Origin: Camelus ferus
Lineage: Eukaryota
Length of the DNA: 64,000 bases
Direction of reading: 5' to 3'
NCBI RefSeq assembly: GCF_009834535.1
Contig: NC_045696.1
Location: 108,812,001-108,876,000, forward strand
This document shows positions 36,058-48,510 of the stretch, piece by piece (within the stretch, counting starts at the first letter, position 1; every line of letters starts with the position of its first letter). The notes under the pieces were generated by a model. The model was not told the origin of the DNA and did no database searches. It was given only the letters and a program-made list of their open reading frames with translations. The position numbers were made by a program, and so were the translations under genes.

Positions 36058-38129
36058 AGTTATCCTAGCAGCAGAAACGTCTATAGGTCCTGCCTCCTTT
36101 TTGCCCTACCCTGCAGCATATCCCCTTTCTCCTTCCCCCAGCATCACTGGTGGAAAGGCTACAGGGAAATCAAGCAGCCTACTGCTACGGAAAAACGTAT
36201 CGGGAGACAGTTCTACATACCATCTCCATCACAGTGCGGACACCCAGGTCACAGCCCAGGTTGTCACCAGGAGCCATCCTGGTGCTTAGAGGTGACTTCT
36301 GCTGTCTCTGCTCAGATGAGTGGTAGGTCATTCACAGGGTGCACATTCCCCCATTTCTCACCCCTCATAGTAGCCCCAGTCCTCTGTCTACAGGTTCAAC
36401 AGGCGAGTTTCTTCCAGTCTGACTGTGGAATCCAATGGGCACATTTGAATTTCTTCCAGTGTGTTCAAACTTCCCTCAAGAACCAAAGACAGCCTTCCCA
36501 GAGCAACTCCACCCGCGAGGCAGCTCTGACATCCCCGTCTGGAGCCTCTAGCTTCTGCGGAGCACCTCTGAGCCCTTCTCGAGATTTTGCCGCAGACCTT
36601 GCCTCATTCTGAGTTCCAAAGTTTCCTTGGAAGTCTCTGCCTTAACTCTTACATTTTATTTTATTTATAATCCACTCTGTTTTAGAAGATTTAAGATGGC
36701 TTACAAGGATTATGTAAAATACTATAAGATATATAAGTAACCAGGTAAAAAAACACCTTCTGTTTTGCAATTTTTTTAAATTACCAAACACTCTGCATAA
36801 GGTGGTGCAACTGCTGTCTGACCGTTGTGCGTGTGTGTATGTGTGTTTGCACACCTATGTGCCGTGTGCTCATGCGTGTATAGGACTGATACAGGTAAAC
36901 AGAACACAAAATTTAAGGTTGCCACCAGGAGGGGTAAGGAATACAATTAATGCAGTTTTCTTCTTTATAGTTTTCTATGTTTTTTAAATTTTGTAGAGCA
37001 TCTATATTTGTTCTGTATCAAGAGAAAAAAGCAATAGGAAATCTCTAAAGAAAAATAGGTGGGAAGGAAAGCCAAACCAAGAGTAAAGACATAAATTGGA
37101 GCCCATGGTGAGGCTAAAATAACTCATTTTCTCTGGCCAAGCCACACATTAAAGCTGGATTTTCTAGCGGTCGATGGATGAGGAAAACCTGATCAGTTAC
37201 ATGGGTCACGGGGTCCAAAGGACATAAATAAAATGATTGCTCAGAAAAGCCCACTGTTCTTGATACGGAAGCTGGAATCAAATGCCTCCCACGGGCCCCA
37301 ACAAGGACACCGTGTAACGCAATGAACACTGCCAACAACACCCTCACGACAAACACCACCAAGACTTTCCCAGGCCTGTTCTTCTAAAGCCCCGCCATGC
37401 AGGCTGACAGCGTCCTGCCCAGGTGCAGGGCAGTAATGGTAATTCCTTGAGGAGTGGAAACCAGGAGCCAGGTTCATGGTGGGTCTGACTTGGTCCAGAA
37501 AGAGACATTTGATCAAGATGAGGACACAGATCACCTTTCAGTGAGTACTTCCCGGACTCTGCTCAGCTCAGCTCAGTCTCCGAGCTCATCCAGGAGATTC
37601 CTTGTGCCTCTGCCCCCAAGAGGCTGTGTTCACCCACTTTTCTGGACGTTTGCTCATTCCACACATATTCACTGAGCACCTAATGGCAAAATTTCTCCCA
37701 GTAATCCCAGATCCATCACCTGGAGCCCCAAGCCAGCCCCAAGCCAGCCCCACCTGACATCAGCTCGGGGCTTGCAGCAAGACAGACACCATTTTTCTGC
37801 ACGGGAGCCTCGGGTTAACCTCCGGGGCAGGAGAGAAAACACATGCAGCTGCTGGTCACAACAGGATTTCAGTAGGTAGTAGTCACTGTCAGAAAGGATT
37901 CCGAGGCCAAGTCTGGGCTTGTGGAAGGGACTCCGTGATGGGTGGGCTCTGGGTCCTGGCTGAGGATAATGGGCTTTGCTGACAATCCCAAAATCCTTTA
38001 GGGAACTTGTGTCTCACACTCTCCACCCGTAGCTCTGGGCAGAGCAAGGGCCCAAAACCCTTCTCTTCCTCCCGAAAGCCTTCTCTGTTCTCTGTCCTGA
38101 TGAGAAGAGTCCAAGGACACTGCTGGGCC

Positions 38130-38480
38130 CTGGTGTTCCCTGTGGGGAACTCACTACCCGTATACCCATGGCTACCAACCTTCTACCTCAATCTCGGACC
38201 ACAGACCTCTCCTTAGAGCCCCAGACCCACACATGCAATCTCCTTCACCACGTTCACTTGGAAGTCTCACCACAGCTCTGAGTCAGCACATTCAGATCCC
38301 CCAAACATGGCAGGCTTCCATTCCCTCCCAGTTAAACAAGTGGTACCAGCATCCGTCAACTGGAAAAGCCAGAAATCTGGAAGCCACCTTTGACAATTCC
38401 CCTTCCTCTACTTCCCACAGCCAAACCATCACTAAAATCTGTTGGTTTTACCCTCAAAACATGTATTCCATTTCTTCCCA
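38130..38480 (+). mobile_element. L2 interior fragment
   Basis: 'ccagaaatctggaagccacctttgacaattccccttcc...catcactaaaatctgttggttttaccctcaaaac'. Confidence 0.6.
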
Positions 38481-41400
38481 TTTCTAGCTCCTTTGGGAGC
38501 AACTGCCCAAATCCACCACATGAACTAGGGGAGTCCTCAGGGGCACCCCTGGCCTCCTCTGGTTTTTTTCGGGGTGACCCAGGGAGGGTGGGCACCATGA
38601 GTCAGATGGGTGCAAGCACACCGCCTCCTGGGATTCTGCAATGCCTTGCCGCCTCCTCCTCCTCCCTCTATCCCAACCCCTACCCAGATGTGACAGTCAT
38701 AGAAAGAGACCTCCCCAGCCCTCCCGACTTTGTGGCTGGGAGAACGTGGGGCTCAGTTGGTAAAGCCATGCGCCCATGGGCTCACAGCAGATGGCAGCTG
38801 GGTCAGCCCTCGGACCCCGGCATCCTGACCCCAGCCCAGCCCCGCCCCACTCACACTCCCCGTATCACAGCCTCTCCCCATCCCTGTCCCTTATCTCATG
38901 ACCGTGGCCCTCTGCTAAAGGCAGGGCTGGTCACTCTTCGTACAACACAGATCAATCATCAGGGCGCTCGGGGCTGTCTGTCTGTCTCTCCAGATTTACT
39001 GCACCCCCGGACACCAGCACCCAAAGTCTGGGAGGAGAGTGGTTTCATTCTCTCCAGATGTCACTTTGTGTCTTTTCAGGCCTGCAGCTCTCCTCCTGGT
39101 GAGGCTGATGCATTCTGCTGCACTTGGACGCACCCACCAAAACCCTCTTCAAAATCCCATCACTTCACCACAAAGGACTGACTAAAATCCCATGAAGAAG
39201 GTACCCGAAGGAGATACGGGGGGTGGTGGATGGGGGATTAAGTGCCTGACCCGCTGCCCTTTTCTCCTGTAGCCCCATATGGTCTTGGCACAAGAGGGCT
39301 GCAGAAATCAAATAACATCTTCGGAACCCATCCAGATTTAACAGAGCCATCTGTGAAAACGCGGCTCGCCAGGGTGGGAGTGGCAGGGTGCGCTGTGGCT
39401 GCCGATTTCTGGTGGAGGTAGGCTGCCAGAGGAGTGGGGAGGCCAAAAGGAGGGGACCACTGAGGCAAACAGTGGTGAGACATGGGGGCAGGAGGATGAC
39501 ACCAGATGGCAGTGCCCTGTCCTGTTGCGACCACTTAAAATAGGCAGGAAAGCTTTACCCCTGAGGTGGGTTAAGTGCAAAGTTACCTGCAAGGACCGGG
39601 GCCGGGAACGTAATCTGAACTGGGACAGATCCTTGTAGCTCTGAGGCTGTACTGAAAAACCCGCCTTTGGGCAGAATTTTAAGACAGACATTGAGCAAAG
39701 AAGGATGTGCTAAGATCCAGGCTCATCCTAAGGTCCCCGGAAGCACATTGGGCAAAGGACGACAGTCCGGCTCTGAGCGTGGGTGTAGCTACAGAAAGGT
39801 GAAGCAGGTTACAATTTGTTTCTCAGACTGTCAGGATTCTCATCATTTTATGATTTTCAGCCAACAGAATTCATTAAATGTGTAACAAAGAGGATTCAAT
39901 ATTTATGCCTTCCTCTGTAAGGCTTAACGTCTAAACAAACCTCAGATGCGAAACCAACTATCCTTTGTCAGGCAGTGAAGAGTGACCACAGTGCCCACGG
40001 GTCACGGCACCGAGGACAATGAGCATGGTTTGGCTCCCACGAACTGGCAGTAGCCCAAGAGATAAGACTGGAAAAGCCAAGACAGCCCTGTGCATCTCAC
40101 CATGCAAACAACTGTCCGCAGATTTCAAGGGGTGCGCCCGGGGGCTGTCAGAAAGAGGGTGACTCTAGAAGGAAGGGAATTTACAGAAGAAGATGTGAAG
40201 AGATTGAGAAAGAGGAGGAGGCAGGGGGAGAGAAAGGGGAGCAGATCCCAAAGGAGACCCTGGAAAGCAGTCTCTCCAGAGACCATAACCTTCCTTGGAA
40301 ACCTGTCACTAAGAAGCAGCATTGCATTAAGGAGCCATGTGTGCAACCTGCTGGGCCATCTCCCTGAAGCAGGGGTTCTTCCTTCCAGACAAGGCCTGCC
40401 CAGTCCTGGGGGGCCCAGTGCCTCTTGCTTTCCTCCCTGGACCCAGCCTGGAGTGACATAGAACCAGCACCTTTTGTCCCAAACACATTCAGGACTTCAG
40501 CCAGGAGCAAACAGGGCAACGGTCCATCAGGGAAGAGGGGAGGAAGGCAGCTCCCAATCCAGACCTGGGCCAAGGCCCATCCTTCCACTGTGATGCCACT
40601 TCCCTCCCAGCTGCTTCTGCAGGACTGTTCCCAGGGAAAGGACACAGACACCCTCCTGGCTCAGCACCAACCAGCCAGAGGGTCTGCTGCCGCTGGCCCT
40701 GCTCCATCCACGGGGAGACTGCCTGTGTCCTCGTGCCCATAGGGCCGCCAGAGGAGTGCTCTGGGGAACAGGGATGGGATGGGGTGCATCATGACCCCTC
40801 AAGCATCATCCCAGTCAGTATGGACCAAGCAGTGCAGGCTGCCCCTCCTGCTCAGGCACAACTCCCAGACCCCTCTGGAGCCAGCACCAGGACTCCTAAG
40901 TCAGCCCTCAGGCCTCAGGGTCCCTTCTCCCCTCTGTGCCTGGGACACAGGTCTCTTTCTGCCCCACACTTCCTATTGCACACCCTTGGCTGACAGCAGT
41001 CAGTGAGGGCAAGTTCAGAGGACCCCCAAAAAGACTGAGGAGTCCTCACACCCTGGAGGCCTCCCAGCCTCATTTCTCTAGGCCCCAAACCAGGACGGTC
41101 TTTCCAGGGGCCAACGTGGAGGATGCCTCTCCTTCAGAGAAGGTCTCAGCCAGCAGGCTGGTCCCTGCGGCCCTGGGAGCAGGGAAGCCAGGCTCTCCTC
41201 CCTGTGCCCCTGAGCTCCGCGCTGCTTTGATGTGGAACAGCGATGACAACTGCAATAACTGGCGGGAAGGAGCTTTAATGCTGCTGTTTTAAATGACAGC
41301 CATTGTTCCTTGGCAATTTTATGATCAAGGCAGAGAAAGGGGCCTTTTAAGAAATGATGTAGCACATTTAAGAAGCCCTGGGGGATTGGGAAAGGTGGAA

Positions 41401-43703
41401 GAACGAAGAGGCTCCAAAGAGGAGGCAGCTCCCGCTGGTGACCTGGGCCCTGGCCCCTCCCCAGTGCCGCAAGGCACAGCCCACCGGGAGCAGCCTGCTA
41501 CCAGCCTCGAAGAGCACCCAGAGGCCAAGGCCACCCTGCTGCTGGGTAACCCCTAAGGCCAGACTCAGCAGACTTACTGCAGGCAAGGGTTGGGCCTCTT
41601 CCCAAACCAGTGGTCCGTTCCCCATAGTAGGGGCTCCATGGAGCATGGAGCAGAGCTCCAGGGGGCACATTCCTCCCCTCCTCCACCCAGCAAGGCAGCA
41701 ATAATAACCCCAACAGGAGGCAGGGACACAGGTTTCTGTGGTGGGGTCCAGACTAGGCTGTATCTCGGGAGGGAGCTGTCCAGCTGGCATGAGTGGATTC
41801 TGACCCCCCAATCTCCTGGCTCTGCCCGCAGGGTCCTTCCCGCGTTCCCACAGCTCTCCCTGTGCCACTCACCCATCTCCAGAGATGGAGACAGAGTTCC
41901 CCATCCCCGCCCCCTCCCAGGTCTACCTGCTGTCCACCTCCACGCCAGCTGCAAAAGCTCTGCAGTCTTATCCCTGGGCCAGCTGCCCTCCAAACTTCCC
42001 CCTCCGCCTCTGGCCCTATCACATTCCAGGACTTCTCCTCCTCCTCCTGCAGAGGCCAAAGGACCCTTCTCCATGCAGCCCTCCTGGCTTATTCTTAGTA
42101 TTCTTCATCTAAGTCAGCAGTTCGCAAAGTGTGGTCATTGGACCAGCCCTGTTAAACATCTGGGTGCTTCATCTGTGACTCCCGTCTCCTGCCTTGTGCG
42201 CAGGTGTGGCCTCCACAGGGCAGGGCTGAATTCTGCCCCTTTTGGCATCTGCACAGCACCTCGCAGATACTCAACAAGTAGCTCTCGTACTGGATTGAAA
42301 AATAGAGGACGGTGACACTCCTGGACACACTCCCACCATGAAGAGAAAACCTCAAGCCACCAAAGGCCTTCTGCTTTCTCAGTGAAGAGCACACGAGACA
42401 TGGAGGAGTTTCTGGCGAGAGGAGCCTCCCCCCCGAGTGGCTGGTGCCTTGAGGTCTGGGTTGGAGAGTAGCAGCCGACTGCAGCAGGGGAGGGAAGCGT
42501 GACAGCTCATGATGGCTTCTTCAAAGTCCCCAGCACCATTACCGTACCAGCATCATAGCGGCAAGAAAAAGTTATCTCTATTTTAAATTGTCAATATTAA
42601 TCTAATGCTGGCGATGAATGGAGTAGTGATGATAAATGGGGTGTTTAATAAAGATGAAAGCTCCAACAGCCTAGGAGAAAACCTCCTTTGACTTAAAGTT
42701 ATCATCTTGATTAAAATTTCCATTTTATTATCCTAATCAGCAATCTTCGTTCAATGTGCTACAATTTCTATTTTCTCCACTTAGAGAGATAATTAACAGC
42801 ACTATAAACACATTAAAAGTAAAATGTTTACTAAAATTGCTCTGTTATCCATATTTAACTTCTGTTTAGTAATTCTTCAAGACATGCCCCTGCCTCCAGG
42901 AAGGCTTCCAGGAACCACCCTCTGCTGAGAACCTCATCCTGTTGCTGAGCCCCCCAGGGGATAGACAACTCCACGGCCCAGTCACACATTCCTGGGTTCA
43001 ACAGGCCCTGTCAGTTTAACTCAGTTAAATTTCATTCTGTTCAGTCTGACATCTCCTTACGCAGAGGCTGAGAAACACCACTCTCTATGATGGATGCGTG
43101 GCTGGGCTTGAGTGCAGACACAGGCAAGGAGAACACAAAAATTTCTCCAAATCACCTCTGCATCTCTCTGGAAGGCAAAAGTTTCATTGAATAAAAGGTT
43201 CTTTATGAGCAAACAGCCACTAGGCACCGATCATGAGCCAGGCTCCGTGGGAGGAAGCGCTGTGCCTCACAAGCCGGAGCCTGACTCTGGGCAGCGCACC
43301 AGGCCACACATCTCCAGGCCACAGCGGAAAATTGTTGAAGTCAGGTTTTTTTTCTTTTTAACACAACACTGATCCTTATCCAGACACAGACTCTAACTCC
43401 TCATATGGGACATCTGCTGCACGTAGCATGGAACATGGAAGCCACGGTGCAGCGGCCACCTCGGGCACCCGGGGACACCCCGGGAGGCGTGCCCTGGCGA
43501 CGGTCTTCTGGTTCCCCGTCCTGCCTTCTTCTCGACCTCCTCATCTCGAGGCAGACCACCAGCCTCAGTCCACCTACCTCATCTCATCCTCTAGACAAGG
43601 CAGATTCTGCACCAGGCGTGGTCTTCCCAGAAGCCCCCAAGAGCCCAGAGGGGCTGCGAGAGGCCATTTATCCTGGGGAAGACTCCGATTTAAAAACACT
43701 CAG

Positions 43704-43895
43704 AAAATAGATTTAACAACAAGTTTACACTGTATAGCACAGGGAACTATATTCAATATCTTGTAGTAACTTTTAGTGAAAAAGAATATGAGAATGAATA
43801 TATGTATGTTCATGTATGACTGCAGCATTGTGCTATACACCAGAAGTCGACACAACATTGTAAACTGACTACACTTCAGTAAAAATATACATATT
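43704..43895 (+). mobile_element. Young 5'-truncated L1 3' end (camelid-type) with TSD
   Basis: 'aacaacaagtttacactgtatagcacagggaactatattcaatatcttgtagtaac...cattgtaaactgactacacttcagtaaaaa'; flanks aaaaacactcag (43692-43703) and aaaagcactcgg (43896-43907), 2 mismatches. Confidence 0.88.
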
Positions 43896-43907
43896 AAAAG
43901 CACTCGG

Positions 43908-44060
43908 GCACAGCTTTCATTTAACCCTCCGAGGCCTGGTGACTAACTGCCATCCACATTTTCCAGATGAGGAAGCGGGGCTCAGTGAGGTGCCAAGTCC
44001 CATGGCTAACAGGCTAGTGGCAGTGCTGGCGGGGGTCCAGGGCCCGGCTGTCTCCTGGGG
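43908..44060 (-). mobile_element. MIR fragment
   Basis: 'catccacattttccagatgaggaagcggggctcagtgagg...ccatggctaacaggctagtggcag'. Confidence 0.7.
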
Positions 44061-45940
44061 AGTCCCTGCTCCAGCCCGCTGATCTGGCCACAGGATGAGA
44101 GGCCACCTCTGAAGCAAGAGGGGAATCCAGACTGTGCTGCTTCTGTCGGCAGCTCCCACAGGCTCCTGTGGACCGTCTCTCTCCGTCTGGGATGTGTTTT
44201 TCCATGATGTGTGTTTGAACCTGGGTCACCGCCAGGCATCCACAGGGAGCCTTCCACTGGGAAGGCCACGTTCCCTTAATCAGCGTGAACTGGCACACGC
44301 ACCCCGACCCCAGCAAACCGGAGGCAACGACACTCTGGGAGATGCAGGAAGCGGCAATCCACATGGGCCCGGGGAAAGGCCATTAATCTCCCTCCCCCGA
44401 AGGAAATGAAATCATTATGTCTGCAGCTACAGAATCCAAAAGAACAAATTTCCTGCCAGGATAATAAATGGACTCTTTTGTGTTCGCCTTGACTCCTGCC
44501 ACGTGACCCTCCTGGTCCATTCCTCATCCAGGTGACTTGGCTGAGTAAATACCCAGAGGTTTCAATTTCAACTTCCAAAACGGACGGGGGAGTGGCCCAG
44601 CAGAGCTCTCACATGCCTGCCTGGTCTGCCCTTAGTCTTTCCTCCCCCAAACATATCACAAAGGTGAGCACCGTCTCTGCAAAGGCTTTCATCAACAGGA
44701 CTATCCCCCACCCTCTGCCAGGGGCAGGATTTAAAGTAACTCCGTGGAGAAGATGCAGGAAGAACCATTTCACGAGGAACAGGCATCCCACAAGACGTAT
44801 TTTGGAGACAACAAGAATAGTAAACTCAGGGTGTAAAATAAAGTTCACAGGGCCAGCCAGGAACACCGAGCAATGCTCAGGATGATGTGCGTGGAGGGAG
44901 CAGTGCAGGGCTTGGGAGGGCTCTCAAAGGCAGTGTGATGGGCCAACCAAGCGGCACTGGGCTGCACTAACCTTCCCCTGCACGAGTTCCCTGAGCCCGG
45001 CCCTAGCAGGTTGCAACGTGCAAGCAATGAACCACTTCATAACGGGCTTCTGTTCGAACACAGCAGGGTCTGGGCTTCCAAAACGGGTCTGGGTTTACAA
45101 AGAAAAATTGTTACCGGCTTAAAAAAACGCATGGCAGAAGCCATGGTGCCTGGCAAACAGACCCAGGGAAAACCTGTCTTGTTCCCTGTTCCTTGTCCTC
45201 CTGCCCTGGGGCCACCGAGGAGAGGGAATGCCTGCAACAGAAAAGGAAATCCAAGTCTGGGGTGTAAGTTGGCAGCCCCACTCCCCCAAGGATGTGGCCA
45301 GCTCAGAAGACCCTCTGCAGATGTGAAGAGAAACCACCACGGTGCTCTGCTCTCTGACCTGGGCACAGAAACTTCCACTTCCTAAGTATGTGTATGTTGG
45401 GGGCAGGAGACAAAATTGTAGTCACCTAGCAGAGCAGAGGGTGCCTCTCCTGTGATGAAGGGTGAGAGCTTGCCGGGCACCGCTGGACTGCACAGAAAAC
45501 TAGGACATGTAAGTGCTTTGCAGAACTGTGGATAGAAATGATGAGTATTTGGGTAGGAAAAGTAAAATTGTACCTCCTACAGAGACAGCGTGGGCACATA
45601 TGTGACCACCAGCACCTGAGTTCCGCTGGTTATCTCCCCAGATGAGGCCAGACGTTGTGACAGCACAGGACGAAGCAAGTTCTAGGTGGTCTTGTTTCTA
45701 CCTACCCTGGCTCCCTGCCTCTAACCAGAGAGCCTCGAAGCCATGGCAAAGGGTCACAGACACGAGACTGCCACCCCAGTGTCACTCCTCTGGCCTCTGT
45801 GCCTGCAGCTCTTCCCTCATGCCTGCCATAGCTCTTGCCCACAGGATTGGAAATCATCTGTTTATGTGTCTGTCTTCTCCAGTGGAGGTGTTTCTCCAGA
45901 GAACACCTCCTGCCTCTTTTAGCTCTGCATCTGTAGAAAG

Positions 45941-45977
45941 ATGGATGGATGGTTGGATGGAAGAATGGATGGATGGA
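45941..45977 (+). repeat. (TGGA)n tract, probably an L2 tail
   Basis: 'atggatggatggttggatggaagaatggatggatgga'. Confidence 0.75.
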
Positions 45978-46059
45978 CAGAAAGATAAGCCAGATAACCG
46001 AAAGCAGAGTATCTTCATGAAGCCCACATTTTATGGGAAGAAATGAAATGAATAGTTAC

Positions 46060-46200
46060 AAAGCATTACTCTATGCTGAGTATTGGTCTAGATGACTTCT
46101 ATGCTTTCTCTCATTTAATTCACACAACTATCCCAAGGAGTGAGTTTCATTTTTGACATTCTACAGATGAGAAACGAAGGAGCAGTCAGGTGAGGCATGG
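46060..46200 (-). mobile_element. MIR fragment
   Basis: 'tctcatttaattcacacaactatcccaagg...cattctacagatgagaaacgaagg'. Confidence 0.65.
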
Positions 46201-46489
46201 TGCCTGAGAACCCAGGTCAGGTCTGTGCGAGTCCAGCTCAGATGAATTGCCCCGTCTGTTGGCCATATTCAGATCCTAAGTGCAAGGAGCACACGGTGGG
46301 CACCTGCTGTGTCCCAGGCATGATGGCACTCACCGGGGATTCAAAGACAAACCGAAGTGGATTTGGGAGGAGCTCTTGGGTCAGTAGGGAAGGAAAGCCA
46401 AGCTCTCCAGTGACCTTGCAGCCAGGAAAAAGGCTGATCACATTAAAAAAATATATACAACCTGGTAGAGGTTCATAAGCAGAGGAACG

Positions 46490-48510
46490 AGGTCAGCAAA
46501 TTCCTCTTTTTTAAAAACCAACTGTAAAGCTGGGGAAAAGTGACCAAAAACAACCATCTCAGCACTCTGAAAATTTACCAAAGACCATCTGAGAAGCATT
46601 TATGTTTCAAAGGCTGAACTTTGGGTAAGAACAGGAAAAATCTGTGGCATTCTTGCCTAGGGCTTCTCTCCGCCCCCTCCCACCCCCCTGCCCAGCTGGG
46701 CTGACGTGGAGGTTCTGTCGGGGAAGGAAATGACATGAGAAGAGCTGAGCTGTGGGGTCAAAGAGGCCTTGGATTTGGGGTGGTTGCTGACGCACAGGTC
46801 CAGCAGCACTGTCCGTAGCAGTGAGGACCTCAGCAGGCAAGGCTGGGGTCCTGGCTAGGGCACGCATACCCCTGGCTGAGGTTACATGTGTGTCCAGTGA
46901 AGACCAGAGAGGACCCAGGATAGCCACCCCCTCCTGGCTAGCCCTGTGCTTGCTCGTAAAAGAAGCAAGACGTCCCACTGGAAAGTCAAAGCTGGAGTAG
47001 GTTCCAAACGGCCTGAGCTCTGTGTCTTTCACCCGCACACAGATCAGTCAGCCGAGGATGGAAGATGCACTGGCTCAGCGTGTCTGAGCCCAACCTCTGT
47101 CTAATCGCTGGAAGACCACTAAGCTGCTCAGGAGGAGGGGCTACCCCTAGGAAGCAAGACTTAAACATAAAAGCAAAAATTAAAAAATAAAAACTGAACC
47201 AACACATCAGTGGCCACAAAAGTCAAGGGAGACAGATTTCACAGATTTAACCCAGGCAAGTCACAAAACAAATATATAAAACTGTAACAACAGTGTTCAG
47301 GGCAAAAAAAAAAAAAAAAAAAAACCCAGAGATACTACAATATGGTACCTAAAATGTCCAGTTTTCAATAAGAAAATTATGATACACCCAGAGAAATAGG
47401 AAAGAAATAGGAAATCTATACTCAAGAAGAAAGCAGTCACCCAGTGTTGTACTCAGCAGACAAAAACTTCAAAAGACTCCAAAGCAGTTATTATAAATAT
47501 GTCCAAAAATAGAGGAAACTACATTTAAAGTATGACAACAACAAATCAAGAGATATTGTCACTAAGGAGACAGAAATTACGGAGAATGAACCAAATGGAA
47601 TTCTGGAGATGAAAAGTACAATATAAACTGAGCAACTTCCTGGAGGAGTGTGACTGAAGATTCAAGATGGAAAAAGGAAAAACTTGGTGACCTTGAAGAT
47701 AGACCAATGGAAAGGATAATATCTGAAGAACACAGAAAGAAGGTTAAAGTAAAAAGAACAAAACCTCATAAACCTGTTGGATGCCATCAAGTATATCAAT
47801 AGAGATTTGATGAGAGTACCAGGGAAAAAGGAGAAAAAAAAGACAGAAAAAAATGGAAAATAATGGCTTAAAACTTCTCAAATTTTGATGAAAAACACTG
47901 ATCTACACAGAGTCAGAAAGTTCAGTGAACCCAAAGTAAATTAAGTCTAAGGAGATCCACACAGAGATGCATCATAGCCAAACTTTCAACAGACAGAGAG
48001 AACATTTTGAATAGAGCAAGAAAAATGACTTATCACATACAGAGGAACATCCATATGATTAATCCCAATTCTCTTCTGAAACAATGAAAGCCCGAAGGCA
48101 GTGGAATGACCTATTCAAGGTGTCAAAAGAAAAAACTGTCAGCCAAGAATTCTACATCCAGCAAAACTATCCTATGAAAACAAAGGCAAATGAAGACTTT
48201 CCCAGGTCAACAAAGACAGAGAGAATTCACTGCTAGCAAACGTTCCCCACAAAAAGTAGTACAGGATGTTATTCAAGATGAAAGGGAATGACACCAGAAG
48301 GTAAAATGAAAACAGAGGAAGAAGTGGAAAGTGCTGGAAATGATGTGGATTAATATAAAAGACTATGTAAATATATTTTCCTCGTGTCTTCTCTTACATC
48401 TTTAAAAAAAGTATGAGATTATATAAAGTAATCATTGCAACACTGTATCGTTGCATTTATAACATCTGTAGATGTAACAGATACAACGTTAACAGCATAA
48501 AGGAGACAGG
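46490..48510 (+). mobile_element. Old L1 5' UTR plus ORF1 remnant (L1M4-like)
   Basis: ORF1 C-terminal motifs readable around 48075-48175: ETMKARRQWNDLFKVSKEK and CQPRILHPAKLS; A-rich coiled-coil-coding tract 47450-47900; GC-richer 5' UTR-like segment upstream. Confidence 0.85.

Noticed and set aside
37725..37752. Short direct repeats (CCCCAAGCCAG), also 62551-62591, as a CRISPR-like array
   Set aside because: Head-to-tail tandem duplications without unique spacers, in a mammalian genome.
38390..39181. Longest ORF (263 aa)
   Set aside because: Starts inside an L2 fragment at a non-ATG codon, is Pro/Ser-rich low-information sequence, shows no recognisable domain or splice context; expected by chance in GC-rich DNA.
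34555..41668. Additional CTCF-like matches (34555, 38784, 39499, 41655)
   Set aside because: Each mismatches the core at the 5' end, and such matches are frequent by chance in GC-rich sequence.
41590..42315. 241-aa ORF and overlapping ORFs on both strands
   Set aside because: No recognisable domain; several overlapping frames are open because stops are rare at high GC; no promoter or exon structure.
46800..46830. REST/RE1-like half site (CTGTCCGT)
   Set aside because: Only the right half matches; the TCAGCACC half is missing, and the site lies within an L1 5' region.
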